A DNA stretch of 62,866 nucleotides, the filler included, from Octopus bimaculoides (taxonomy: Eukaryota): assembly GCF_001194135.2 (NCBI RefSeq). It is 7 parts of 7 records of this genome, joined end to end, with 100 filler letters (N's around TTAATTAATTAA, not from the genome) between each part and the next. Parts side by side here need not be neighbours in the genome. Positions count along the whole stretch, not along the records: positions 15,254 to 41,967 come from NC_068987.1; 6 more parts are not named here. One strand, written 5' to 3'. A model generated the notes under the pieces. That model saw only the letters and a program-made list of their open reading frames with translations. It searched no databases and was not told the DNA's origin. The translations under genes and the position numbers were made by a program. Numbering within the stretch: position 1 is the stretch's first letter; every line of letters starts with the position of its first letter. This document shows positions 27,085 through 40,615 of the stretch, piece by piece.

Positions 27085-27270
27085 TGTGTCTTTTTTCTCT
27101 CAACTACTGTTTGATAACCGGTGTTGGTGTGTTTACGTCTCCATAATTTGGTTCGGCAAAAGAGGCTGATAGAATAAGTACTAGGCTAAAAAAAAAAAAA
27201 AATCAGTACTAATTTTTTTTACGGCGGTGCCACAGCCTGGCCGCATTTTAATGACTGAAACATGCAAACG
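27085..27270 (+). mobile_element. Type B SINE 3' half
   Basis: gataaccggtgttggtgtgtttacgtc...ttcggcaaaagag..gatagaataagtactaggct...ggcggtgcc..gc.tggccgca...aatgactgaaaca, downstream of (GT)n. Confidence 0.85.
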
Positions 27271-27746
27271 GTAAAATATAAAAAATGAGTCTGCAAGAAT
27301 GCTCCTTCTGAAACCATAAATACAGCAGAAGTGATAAAGAATATTCCTCTTCTTTGTCTGGTCTTCGGAAAAAGCCAGTCCGAACGAAACTCCAGTAACA
27401 CGGAGTATCGTCGTCACGGCTTCTTCATGGTACCAAGAATCAAAATAGTGTAGGCTATGCCTCAATGAATTCCATATTTGAAGAGTGAACAATAATTTCC
27501 AAATACTAAAACAGCCAATGATATTATTTGGTCGAGAAATCCAAGATATTTCAAAGCTGTAATCAAAGAAAATTCTGCTTCAATAGTCTCCAAACTCCCG
27601 AGCATCTACAACCTATCCATTCAAACACATATCCAACCTACTTTATACGTATTTCAGTAGAGCTGCTACTTAACATTTACAATTTAAGAGCTAATGTTTC
27701 CCTTCCAGCAGAGTAGTCTGGTACGCAATGATATTTCTGCTCGGAC

Positions 27747-27963
27747 GACGGCGGTGGCCTGGCAGAATCGCTAACACCCCGGGCAAAATGCTTAACGGCA
27801 TTTCGTCTGTCTTTACATTCTGAGTTCAAATCCCACCGAGGCCGACTTTGCCTTTCGTCCTATTGCGGTCGATGAAATAAGTACCAGTCATGCACTGGGG
27901 GTCGATGTAATCGACTTACCCACTTCCCGGAACTTGCTTGCTTTGTGACAAAATTTGTAATCA
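27747..27963 (+). mobile_element. Type A SINE, tail variant 3, with 16-bp TSD
   Basis: TSD atatttctgctcggac (27731-27746) / atatttctgttcggac (27964-27979), one mismatch. A-box-like tggcagaatcg and B-box gagttcaaatcc are present. Confidence 0.93.
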
Positions 27964-29059
27964 ATATTTCTGTTCGGACACATACTTGGTTGTATAACCT
28001 ATTTTGACCAATCAGGATCGACATACCTTTTGAGTTGCCAGTATCCGGCTTTAGTCATTCAGCAATTACTTCTTGAACAAACTGATGTAAACCAAATCTA
28101 CGTGAAACTAAAAAACAAAAACAAAAGAAAGAGTTAGCTCTCCAGTATTTTAGCTTCCCAACTAAAAATAGACGATATTTTTTATGACGTCATCGTGTGT
28201 AATTTCTTTTTTTACTTCCACGATTCACAAGGTAACCTCCATACTTAATACTGGTTAATCAATCCCTTGAAAATTAAAACGGGCATTGTTTGCAATCGAA
28301 TTCCTCATAGCAAATTATCAGGAAAATCAGGAGTACTACGAGATTAGCACAATAGAACCGCAATATTTCCGTCATTAAGAGTCTTCACATTATCGAAAAC
28401 GGATCTACCTGCTGATTAGCAGGAATCAGTATAGAGGCCATTTAGAAATCTCTCTCTAAATTTCATCTTATGTTAACCCTGGAGTTCAGGAAAGAATATG
28501 CCACAATTAGCCTTCAAGGCTCCACGTAAATAATGATCGATAAGAAATCAATTTTATGCCATAACGGTTCTAATTAAGACAAAATGTGTTGATCTTTCTT
28601 TTGATGACTCTACGAGGAATTATAATCGAGCTGAGGTGAACAACGCTATGCTAGTGTTAATTCTTCTTCTCGTTAGGAAATGTACCGCTTTTTATAATTC
28701 TGGATTGCACAGAGATGATGGTTTAGCAACGTCAAACATCTTGAATCGATAACAAGCTGATTACTTAATTTTCAATAGTATTTATCATCCCATTACATTC
28801 TGATCAGAAGGTACCTTAAGCTCTTAAATCCACTGCCTCCTATTGCACCATCCTATGGGTTGTGGATTTCCCTGATCCATCCCCCACCAGGAAACAAATA
28901 TGTCTTCTACTGACCCTCGTAGTCTGAGAAAGCCATAAATATGTTGTAGCAAACACGCATCGTTGAATCTGGTCAACGTATGAGGTCATTGGGTGAATGG
29001 AATTGTCAAAATACCGGTGGTATTTAATTATGACCCTTTCTAGTTTGAGTTCAATACCA

Positions 29060-29275
29060 AGTATTGATTAAGGTCAGTCATTGATGATTTATTATCGACT
29101 ATTGATTAAAATAACTTATTGATTAAGATTATTTATTGGTTAATGTCAAATATTGTTTCTAATCAGGTATTGATTAAGGTCAGATATTGATTCAATTCAT
29201 TTCTTGACTAAAGTTATATATTGATTAAAGTCAAATATTGATTAAAGTCAGGTGAGATATTGATTGTACTCAGGT
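29060..29275. repeat. Degenerate 16-17-bp minisatellite (tattgattaaggtcag)
   Basis: More than ten recognisable tattgatt-anchored units. Confidence 0.8.
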
Positions 29276-29432
29276 GTTTTTTAACTCAGATTTTGCAGTA
29301 TGTTATACCATAGCTGATTTCGAAGGAGCGAAGGAAAGTTAACAAAGCATTCAATACAGGAAACCCAAATCTAGAAATGATAATTGTGTATAAAGAGATT
29401 GGCCTACAGTCACGCTGCATGCTGTAACCGTA

Positions 29433-29999
29433 GACTTTCAAAGACAGCCTCGGTAAGAATTGTTTATAGTACCACACATACAGAGAAATCCTTCACAACG
29501 AATACTGTGCTTCCCTTTTACGCTAAGGAAAAGAGGAAATCCGAGCCTAGTTGAAGACTTAACAACGATTGGTTGGTCGACAATTTGGAATATTTTTGAC
29601 TCGGCCTATTACTAATATATCGAATGGAATAGACATTAATGACACCTCCCGTGCTTGCCAACGCTAATTAATTCTTTAAATGCAATTTCTCCCTCTATCT
29701 TTGTATTCATTGACTCTCAAAGACAGCCACGGTAGTAACTGTTTATAATACCACAAATATGAAGAATCCTTTGCAGCGAATTTTATCCTTCTTCTCTTTT
29801 ACCATGAATAATAGATGAATGCCGAGCCTAGTTGAATACCCAACAACGATTGGTTGGTCGATGAGTTGGAAGTTTCTTGCCTCGGCCAATATTTAATATA
29901 TCAAATGAGATAAACATTAATGGCACCTCCCACTCCCACCTACGCTAACTAACCAATTCTTTAAATGCAATTTCTCCTACTATCTTCGTATTTCTGATC
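29433..29999. repeat. Diverged tandem duplication, period 279 bp (2 copies)
   Basis: gactttcaaagacagcc at 29433 / gactctcaaagacagcc at 29712. Shared blocks: ccgagcctagttgaa, aacaacgattggttggtcga, aattctttaaatgcaatttctcc. Confidence 0.9.
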
Positions 30000-30634
30000 T
30001 CATCATCAAAATTTAATATGGAATGTAATCCCTGGCGTAAAAACTTCCATTATTTCAATCAGAATCATTTCTGGAAATCATGCTGAATGCCCTAGTTGAT
30101 GTATTAATTAAATTTAATTTGGTAGTTTCTAAATAAAGTTGATATGTCAATTAGATAAGTTACATTTACAAGAATGAAAGTTCTATGAAACAGAAATTAT
30201 AGAAATCTAAATTCTATAAATGATAGGAGCCACAGAATTACCTGATTATATTCTGAACACATTCCGGGAAAATGTATTTTAAATATTTTGATTGGCGTTC
30301 TAAATTTAAAGTCATTTAAAGATCGATAGATGATTGTGTTTGATTTCTGGCAAATGTTGTTTGCATGATCAGACAACTAAAACATGCCCGTATCTCAGAC
30401 ACTCCTAACTCGACAAACAAATATATTTTCCTGACAATTTTGCAATATTTCAGTGTGACAAGGCTGATGTAGATTGACACAGGTTTAACGTCACACTCTA
30501 AGATATATATGCTACATAAAGAGACATAGAGAGATAGAGAGAGAGAAAGAGAGATAGAGAGAGAGAGAAAGAGAGATAGAGATTGTTCACAGTTCGTCTT
30601 ATGCACACATATATGTGTGCGTGTGTGTGTGTGT

Positions 30635-30891
30635 GGAGGCGCAATAGCCCAGTGGTTAGTGCATCAGACTTGTGGTCGTAGGATCGTGGTTTCGATTCCC
30701 AAACCGGGTGTTGTCAGTGTTTATTGAGTGAAAACACCTAAAGCTCCAAGAGTCTCTGGCATTGGGGTGGTGGCAAACCCTGCTGTACTCTTTCTCTCAC
30801 TCTTTCTTCCTGTTTCTGTTGTACCTGTATTTCAAAGGGCTGACCTTGTCACACTCTGTGTCTCGCTGAATCAACCCGAAAACTACATTAG
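30635..30891 (+). mobile_element. Type C tRNA-derived SINE, 3'-truncated
   Basis: ggaggcgcaatagcccagtggttag (A-box), ggtttcgattccc (B-box); body matches the reverse complement of 55301-55682. Confidence 0.92.
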
Positions 30892-31109
30892 TATCATTGT
30901 ATCTTTAATGACTTCATTAAAATATGGTCAAAATGTTTCATCCTTTTCATAGAAAATCGTAAGACACAGAAACACGTTCCGTCTTCTAGCATCAGAGACA
31001 TTCCACTAAAGACACCCAAGAGTAACATGATGATGTTAAAATGGGTGACAGTCTAAGTCTACCAAGGACAAGAATGACCTCCCTAACAGGTTATCAAATT
31101 CTATCAGAT

Positions 31110-31228
31110 TCTGCTCACTAGGATTTGGTCGACACAAGACTATAATAGAAGTCGTTTCTCTCAAAGTGCCGCTTAGCGCAATTGAACTCTAAACCACCTT
31201 ATTGCAAAGCGACCTTCTTAACCATTTA
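31110..31228 (-). mobile_element. Degraded type B SINE head fragment
   Basis: ggatttggtcgacacaagactataatagaag...aattgaactc...cttcttaacca. Confidence 0.55.
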
Positions 31229-32234
31229 TCCATATATATACCAAATAGATAAATGATGGAAAATGAAACAAACGACATTATTTATTCAAAATCTCTACTA
31301 TTGTTTCGACACACTTTGACACCTTTGGTACATTTGTGAGATGTTGTGTAATCGTTATCATCCATCTCGGGTGTAAAAATATACTTCCTCGAGGTTTCTT
31401 TAATAAGTCCTTCCTTAGACCCTACAGTTGTTTCCCTCAGTGTAAAAATGCATCTCCAAACTAATGTATCGTTTCCGCAGTTTACAGATAAAACTAAACC
31501 CATTGATATAGTGACGAAATAAAACTATAATAAAAATACAAAATGTATAAATAAATAGAAAAAGAAAGGATCATATCTACCTAAATATATCTTCTCCCTC
31601 ATCTAACGACCACGTGACATCAGTCCTGCCACCACCTGATATTGTAGCCTCCAACATTTTAACTTTCAATTTTCTGACCTTTCACGCGGATGACCTCCTT
31701 AAGTGCGTAACCTTATATTTCTGTGAAATAATTTTATCAAATCCAAAGTCAAGGTTAAGGATTATCTCCACCACTAATCTCTCTTAATACCTACAAGATA
31801 TTATACTTTCCGCACATAAGACAAGCAACACTACACCAAAACAATCAAATTCGCCAATGCGATCCCTAACACCAATATAAACAACACCAACTTCACCACT
31901 GCCACCACCTACACTCAATCACCACCACCGCTACCACTACCACCGTTACTATCACCATCATCACCAACTCTATAACAACTACAACCAGAACTACTGCTAC
32001 ACCTAACCCGACACGACAGCGTCCAAGACCGTTTGTACGCTGACACAAAGTAGCAACAACGACGCTATCAAAATATATAAATACCTAAAGAAGTATGGGT
32101 GTACACTAGTGTCACAATTTTTTATGCGTTTTGTCACCAACGATAAACAATATATACATGTGTATGCGTGATGTGTATGCGTGTGTGTGTGTGTGAGCTT
32201 CTGTCTTTGTGTGTAAATATATATACATATATAG

Positions 32235-32296
<62 letters not shown>

Positions 32297-32834
32297 ATAT
32301 AAAATGTGTGTATATGCATTAATATATATATATATATATATATGCACGTGTATAGATAAATACATAGAAATACATATGTATGTACATGTATTTTTCTTTA
32401 TCTCTCTCTCTGTATATATACATAGACATGATATATACGTGTATGGGGATGTATATATGTACATATGTATGTATGTATGTATATACTCGTATGTATGTAT
32501 GTATGTGTGTGTGTATGTATGTATGTATGTATGTATGTATGTATGTATGTATGTATGTATATTTATAAAGTAAAATGTTTTTATCAGCCATTTATCTGTC
32601 TTCAGATAAAAGATCGACGATGATTTTCTTTCTCAATTGAAATAGATTGTGACAGAAAGCTTTTTAGAAATAAGTAGGAGAACGGTGGTGGAGGTGGGAA
32701 CGGTTGGGTTGGAGGGAAGAAGAAACAACAGAAGTTATATCGGCACAAATCACTCAAGGAAATGTTTTGTGTGCTTTCAACTTGACGTATTCTTCACACC
32801 TCTGAACAAATACATAGAGCCGCAAAGATGCATG

Positions 32835-32883
<49 letters not shown>

Positions 32884-34149
32884 ACTTCCAATCACACTTT
32901 CACACACATACACATGTGTTCGAATGCCTATACATGTGTATTTATATACCAGCATATATACATACGTACGTATATATATATATATNNNNNNNNNNNNNNN
33001 NNNNNNNNNNNNNNNNNNNNNNNNNNNNNNNNNNNNNNNNNNNNNNNNNNNNNNNNNNNNNNNNNNNNNNNNNNNNNNNNNNNNNNNNNNNNNNNNNNNN
33101 NNNNNNNNNNNNNNNNNNNNNNNNNNNNNNNNNNNNNNNNNNNNNNNNNNNNNNNNNNNNNNNNNNNNNNNNNNNNNNNNNNNNNNNNNNNNNNNNNNNN
33201 NNNNNNNNNNNNNNNNNNNNNNNNNNNNNNNNNNNNNNNNNNNNNNNNNNNNNNNNNNNNNNNNNNNNNNNNNNNNNNNNNNNNNNNNNNNNNNNNNNNN
33301 NNNNNNNNNNNNNNNNNNNNNNNNNNNNNNNNNNNNNNNNNNNNNNNNNNNNNNNNNNNNNNNNNNNNNNNNNNNNNNNNNNNNNNNNNNNNNNNNNNNN
33401 NNNNNNNNNNNNNNNNNNNNNNNNNNNNNNNNNNNNNNNNNNNNNNNNNNNNNNNNNATATATATATATATATATATAAAGATATATATATATTCTATGA
33501 ATGTATCTATGTATTTATATGAATGAGTATGTATTTCAAATTGTCAGTATGTCACCATTGATATCTGCGAGTCTCACCAGGAAATATTCTCAGAATCATT
33601 TCAGATATCACATGACCAACAGCTAAAGTAGGTAATTAACGAATAATTACGCAATCTATCTTTGCTTGATTGCAAATGAAAATCTGGCAAACCGCCTTTT
33701 TTTTAGTGCTGTGAAAACATTCTTTTAATGATGCTAATAATTCTACTAGGAATAATAATAATAATGATAATAATAATAATAATAACAATAATTAAAACAT
33801 AAAAATGAAAATAATATTTATATAGTATGATGCTATTAATAATGTTTATGGAAAAGAACATTGCTACTATTAAAAATAACAGTATTATCTGATTATTTGC
33901 CACACGAGTTAGAAACACCAAAGTACGTGTATTTGGTTTGTATGTTTGCGATGAAATTAATGAATCTGGAGATGCATTACCTACAACATGAAGAATATTC
34001 CAAAGATATTTGTGCATTTATTAGCATTGATTTGTTAGGGGAGAATCATTGCCCCTAATTCTCTACATTGGTCCTTAAACTGGTGCAAGGAACACCCGTA
34101 AATCAGTGGTGTGAAACAGAGCAATAGATTGTGTGTGCGTGTGTGAGTT

Positions 34150-34290
34150 TTTCTTTTTAGCAACGAACGAAAAGAAAACAAACATGTTTAACGCTTAAAA
34201 GGAAGGGAAAAGTTCTGATGTTTCAGATGTTGGTCCTTCATCAGTAAAAGAAAATAAAGAACGTAAAAAATAGAAACGCTGGGAAGGCGC
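34150..34290 (-). mobile_element. Short PLE-terminus-like element with a decayed minimal hammerhead
   Basis: Minus strand CTGATGA-A-GGAC-CAAC-ATCT-GAAA-CATC; downstream cttttcccttcc..agcgttaaac resembles the copies at 46080 and 46820. Confidence 0.6.
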
Positions 34291-36027
34291 GCGCACACAC
34301 ATTTGTAGGTGTTTATTTGTAAGTAGGTCCACATGTGTGTGCGTGGATATATACACATTCATACGCGTGATTTAATGGTTCGGATTTTCGAGATGCAAAT
34401 GTCTGGTGTTTGATTCCTGAAGAAGGCGATGTGTCTTGTGTATCAGCAAAGTAATTCGTTTCGCGTTGTTTCAGTCAATGCAGTTGAGAATCAATGTAGA
34501 CAAATGCATTGGCTGAAGAAGACCTATTTCCCTCCAGTTGTCAAATTCTCGATATTCTTTTAGGTTAAGAGAGCCAACATGATTTTATATAGGTCTGCTC
34601 GCGACGACATTTGAAGCCATTACCCATCCTATGGTCCATGTAGCCAAGTCATACTCGATTCTGTGTATGACAGCGTTGGTTTTATACACACACACACTCA
34701 CACAAACACACATATCCATACATATTTATTTATACTTTCGCATATACTTTCGCATATAATTGCATACATATTGACATATTCGGAACGTAGGTGCATTAGG
34801 TTATATATATCCAGAAATTTATACAAAAATCTAGAACTACTAGCAAAAGAAGAGGAAAAGAGATTGATACATTTTCTCTAAACCCAATCAATTAGCGGCA
34901 AAGTGAAAATTTGTAAGAATTCCAGGGATTCTCCACCTGAGATTCTTGAAATGATTATATGAACACACTTGGTTGTATGCATCGGCATTTCAACAAATAC
35001 ACCAACTCGACCTCTATATATTTACACGCACCAGGAAATCTCTCAGCTAAAAATGTTTTGCCACCTTGTTAACAACCGGCTAAAATTCACCTAACAAAGT
35101 AAATAAATCTCAAAGAAAAACATACATAAATATAAGCATCAATTAATATAAATTCTTGTTAATCCATGTTACTACTAGTTTCAAAACTACTAAAAGTGTT
35201 GCGATCCAAAACTAAAAATTTTTATTGCGCAAGACAGGAAGGAATCATTACTCTTCTTTGCTGTATCCTCGTGAAAATGCATTTTACTTTAAAAAAAAAA
35301 CCCAGTTTGCTGGGGCGTAACTCATGAATGAATGAAAGTGGTTTAGTTTATTTATAAAGGTATATTATAGTATATCAATAAAGGATCTCTTACATTGGAA
35401 ACTGGAAAATTGTTTTTACGCAGTGAATATGGTTCAGTTTTATGGCAATATTCTCACTTCATCCTGGTAGGTTTTTCATCTCACACCTGTAAACTGCAAT
35501 GTCGTTTGTGGGAAAAACAACATACACTTTTCTAGCTATTGAATGCACATTTCCAGGAGTGATTCGCTAGTATTTACATCAATAATAATGGTGGGTTATA
35601 CCATGTGTTGACTATTTGCCCTGACGTTTTAGTGACTCACTGTAGAAAGCAGTTACGACACAACATAATTGACACAACTACCGTCTGATAGAAAGAAAAA
35701 TGTCGACAAATATAAAGAAGCGTAAAGAATTTACTTCCTACAAAACATGGGCCTAGAGAAAACTACTTGCATACTGATTGATATCTCCACTAGGTACACA
35801 CCATATAGAGAGCTTGCAAAAACACACACTTGAGAGAAATTAGAGTAACGAGAGACAAGTAATATCTTATTAGCAACGACAGATAAGACATAAGCATTTA
35901 AAAACGGATCAAAGTACGACGACATCTTTCTCATCAAAAACTCTCCACTTCATCCACGTCCCTACTTAATCTCTGTAAATTCTGCTTTAAACCACAGAAA
36001 TAACAGCCACAAAAATCCATACTCACG

Positions 36028-36119
<92 letters not shown>

Positions 36120-36367
36120 TGTACGTATATATGTGTGTGTTTGCCTATATACATATACACACATATATATTTCACTTAAGCTTACTGAGACTAATGACCT
36201 TGTATAGAACTCAATAGACGTACACTGAGTTCTGCATATTTACACACATACACACACGCACACGCACACACACATATATATATAAATATAGAATAGTGGT
36301 ACAACAGTGCACCAATGTTTACTGGAAATAGCAGACGATAATATACGATGCTATAGTATAGCTTCTC

Positions 36368-36485
<118 letters not shown>

Positions 36486-37611
36486 CTGCCAAAGATGTTT
36501 GCGGGTGGTGAACATAAAAAATTCATCTTACTTGTACGTAGAACATTAAATAAATGTACAACCCAGATGTCGATAATCTAGGACCTAGGTTTCGAACTTT
36601 CCAAATTACGTTTGTTAACGTAAATTCGATTTGTTGTCTTTGGCTAGATTCACCTAGACAAAATTTTGAATGTTACTACATCAGTGCCAGTATACTTGTC
36701 TGAATGCCTGGACGTTAACAGACCGAGAACAGTGGAAAAGTTTCCGAAGAAAAATCTTTAAAAAAACTCCGTATGGAGTTGGTGTCAGATGAAGAGAGGA
36801 GGTGAGTTGAGCCCATATGGCGCAAAAGGAACGGAGATAGAATGTTAATTCCTGTTCACTGCGAAGGCGGAAGTCCGGTACTCTCCGTACAGAGATATTC
36901 CGAACACATACAGCTATTGTAGCGAATGACTGGTAGAGCGGAAGTGCCACGAGACCGAGGTGTCATTGTCGAATCTCCAGGGATCGAATTGTGGGGAGAA
37001 AGTTAGCTTCAAACAATCCGTAGTAAATATAAAAATCAACTTCCAGGGACAATAGTGGTTTATTGAGACGGAAGGTTGCGGATTTCTTTCGAATCAAAGT
37101 ACGATAAACTGGAAAAAAATCTCTTTTTATATTTCGTGGTAGGCGACCAGGGTTGCTTGGTGTGCGAATAAAAATACAAGAGTTCTTAACGAGCGGAACC
37201 TCAGAGGTGGTAAATGTCCAAGTGAGGTGGATACTGCAGGCTACTCTTCAGGTGAAGTGTATCCTGATTAAATGGAAGTTTACATTGTCGAAAGGAGGAA
37301 CATGTTAACACGGAAAATTAAATCAGAATGTATATATATATATATATATATGTATACACACATGCATGTATGTATGTGTGAGAGAGAATGAGAGAGAGTG
37401 AGAGAGAAAGAGAAAGAGCGAGAGGGACTATGGTTGCAAAGTAGAATTTCTAAATATTTTCTGTATTTTAGGGTGTGAACGAAATTATGTGAATTAATAA
37501 ACATAAGTGCAATGGTTTGTACCGAATGTAAATAAAACTGCACAATGATTGCAACACAACAGATGTAACAATATCCTACCATAAAGATATTATGTATTTA
37601 CTACTACTACC

Positions 37612-37671
<60 letters not shown>

Positions 37672-38057
37672 GACACATAAATATATATGTAAAGATATAC
37701 ATAGTCATATGCAAAAAAAAACAACAAAAAAACATGCATATATTTTTGAACGCACATTTTAATATAGATGTCTGTATAGATTTGATTGCGTATATATTTG
37801 TATACATGCATAAACATATGCATATAGATATATTTAAGTGCGTATGCGCAACACACGCACATACACATGTATATTTCATACATGATATATGTATATTACA
37901 TATACCCGAATATATACATATATATTTATGTAAATGTTTACATGTACATATGTAAATATTTATATATGCATATAAGTATATATATGAACTTAGATATATG
38001 CATTATATATATATATAACCAAACACACACACACACACAAACACACGCACACACACG

Positions 38058-38104
<47 letters not shown>

Positions 38105-38504
38105 AAATGTTTACATACATATGAATATATACATACACAAATTTATTCACACACACTCTCAAACACACACGAACATCCATGCATACATCCACATATAAAC
38201 CCACGCACACACACATTGATACATATCTATGTGTACTGAGATAAATACGTAGTATGTTACGCGGCAGGAAGAAGGCAATTAGCAGATAGGTACACATGTT
38301 ACATGCATACACACACACACACACACACACATACACACACACACACAAACATATATGTATTTAAATGCATGTGCATGGCGGTAATTACATTGTAGCAAGA
38401 ATGAGATAGGTTTCCCCCCATTTATGTTATTGATATATGATAGATAAATAGATAAAGAGTATCTAATTTATTCGCACTCGGAATTCTGTGTATAGCCTTA
38501 TGCA

Positions 38505-38617
<113 letters not shown>

Positions 38618-38860
38618 TCACACACATTCATACGCACAGGGTACATATGTAGTGTCAATGGTTTACTGAAATGCAGATAAGTGTACACATAATTGCGTTT
38701 ATTCCCATATATGTACGGATAAATATGAGGTTGTACATAAATGTGTGTTTGTGTGTGTGTGTATGTGTGTGTGTTGTATGCATGTACATATATATGTGTA
38801 TACTTTAATATCCATATTATATAAATATGTTTATCATATATTTATGTGTTTTTGTATGTC

Positions 38861-38915
<55 letters not shown>

Positions 38916-38967
38916 CCATACATATATGTGTTTGTGTCTGTGTGTGTCTTTATAATCATATATATGT

Positions 38968-39012
<45 letters not shown>

Positions 39013-39231
39013 TATAGTGATGCAGATAAACATAATTCGTCTTGATATATAAAATTTACATTCATAAATATACACACATAGGTATATATGATTTATATAT
39101 AGAGAGAGAGAAGCATGAACTGAAAATATTGAAAGGAACATTCATGTATAATCATCGATATTTATATATTTACAAACTAAAATTTACAACCAAAAATACA
39201 GAAAACTAAGGGGAGAATTCGTGGTACTTTA

Positions 39232-39385
39232 AGTCCCACAGCTGTTTCTGGGAGTATGGAATTACGTAAGTGTTATAAGGATCAGTTGTAGCAGATAGAG
39301 TGTGCAACAGTCAAGGATATACGACCAGTAGATAGATGCATATAAATATAACTGTAATACCGGCTCCCTTCATCAGGAGGGAAGC
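39232..39385 (-). ncRNA. Hammerhead-like motif with long stem-II insert
   Basis: CTGATGA (39376-39370), A, GGGAG, 109 nt, CTCCC, A, GAAAC followed by the palindrome ACAGCTGT. Confidence 0.5.
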
Positions 39386-39960
39386 TTAGCAAATAGCAGT
39401 TCACTTCTCGGTACGAGAAAATTTAAAAGTATAATGAATCCAAATCTAGTTGTATTTCGGGACGGGATTTTTTTTTTTTTTTTTTTTTGCCAAATAAAAA
39501 CACGCACTATATATTTTTTCTTCACTCGTTTATTACTGTTCTTATTTTATTATTTTAACTCATGTTCATTGTCCGGAAATCTTTAGTCACTCATCTGTGA
39601 CCTCTTCAGCGATAATTTTCGTTTTTAGGGTGGAACACTAACCTCCACCATCACACTACACCATTGTCTAAAGACAGAAGGGATGAGAAGAGAGAGGAAA
39701 AAAATCGTAAATAGTACACAGAAATATACAGGCTAATACACACACAATAGACATATGTGCACTTTCCTGTGATACTTATGAGAAATAGAGATCAATGTAT
39801 AAAAAAAGAAAGAAATATGTAAATAGATAAATAAATAAATATATAAACATATTTGTCACATACCTGTGATAAATATAAGATATAGAGATAGATAAAATAA
39901 ACAAATGTATGCGTATGTAGGCATACATGCATACATGTGTGCATGTGTATATATATGGTT

Positions 39961-40360
39961 TATCTTTTACTTGCTTCAGTCATTAGACTACGGCCCAGCT
40001 GGGGCACCGCCTTGAAAAATTGTTTAGTCGAATGAATGGCTCTCAGGACTTATTTTTGAGGGCGGTACTTATTCTATCGTCTCTTTTGCCGAACTGCTAA
40101 GTTATGGGACGTAAACACTCCAACACCGGCTGTAAAGTGGTGATGGTGGGGGGGGGGACAAACAGACACGAATATAAATACATATAGATATATATATACG
40201 ACGGAATTCTTTCAGTTTCCACCTACCAAATCTACTCAAATATTTGGTCGGCCCGAGGCTATAGTAGAAAACATTTGCTCAACGTGCCACGCATTGGGAT
40301 TGAACCCGGAACCACTCGGTTGGTAAGCGAGCTTCTTACCACACAGCCACTCATACGCCT
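39961..40360 (-). mobile_element. Type B SINE, full length
   Basis: Head (gtggctgtgtggtaagaagctcgctt..ggttccgggttcaatccc), body, internal TA-rich slot and 3' half through gactgaagcaagtaaaaga. Confidence 0.92.
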
Positions 40361-40578
40361 GTGTTTGTAATACTTTATTATATCAAAATTGAATGTCTTC
40401 GCTGTTTTCCTCCCTGCAAAGTGTTGTTTTCGATTATCGCGAACGCCTGAGCCAGGCGCAAATTCAGAGACGAGCAATGACTTTCGATACAACAAAAATA
40501 CCTGAGTCTTATATCACATTATCTGAAATATATCTTAATATACCTTTCGACTTGCATACATACACACAAACACACACA

Positions 40579-40615
<37 letters not shown>

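Noticed and set aside
28860-28900. LVGDGSGKSTT Walker-A-like peptide on the minus strand
   Set aside because: One residue short of GxxxxGK[ST], flanked by stops and with no splice context.
34416-34525. Two CTGAAGAAG heptamer-containing sites
   Set aside because: No matching stem plus GAAA strand found downstream.
35730-35960. KYDDIFLI resembling the RT YxDD motif
   Set aside because: Spacing is wrong, several stops intervene and no other RT motif aligns.
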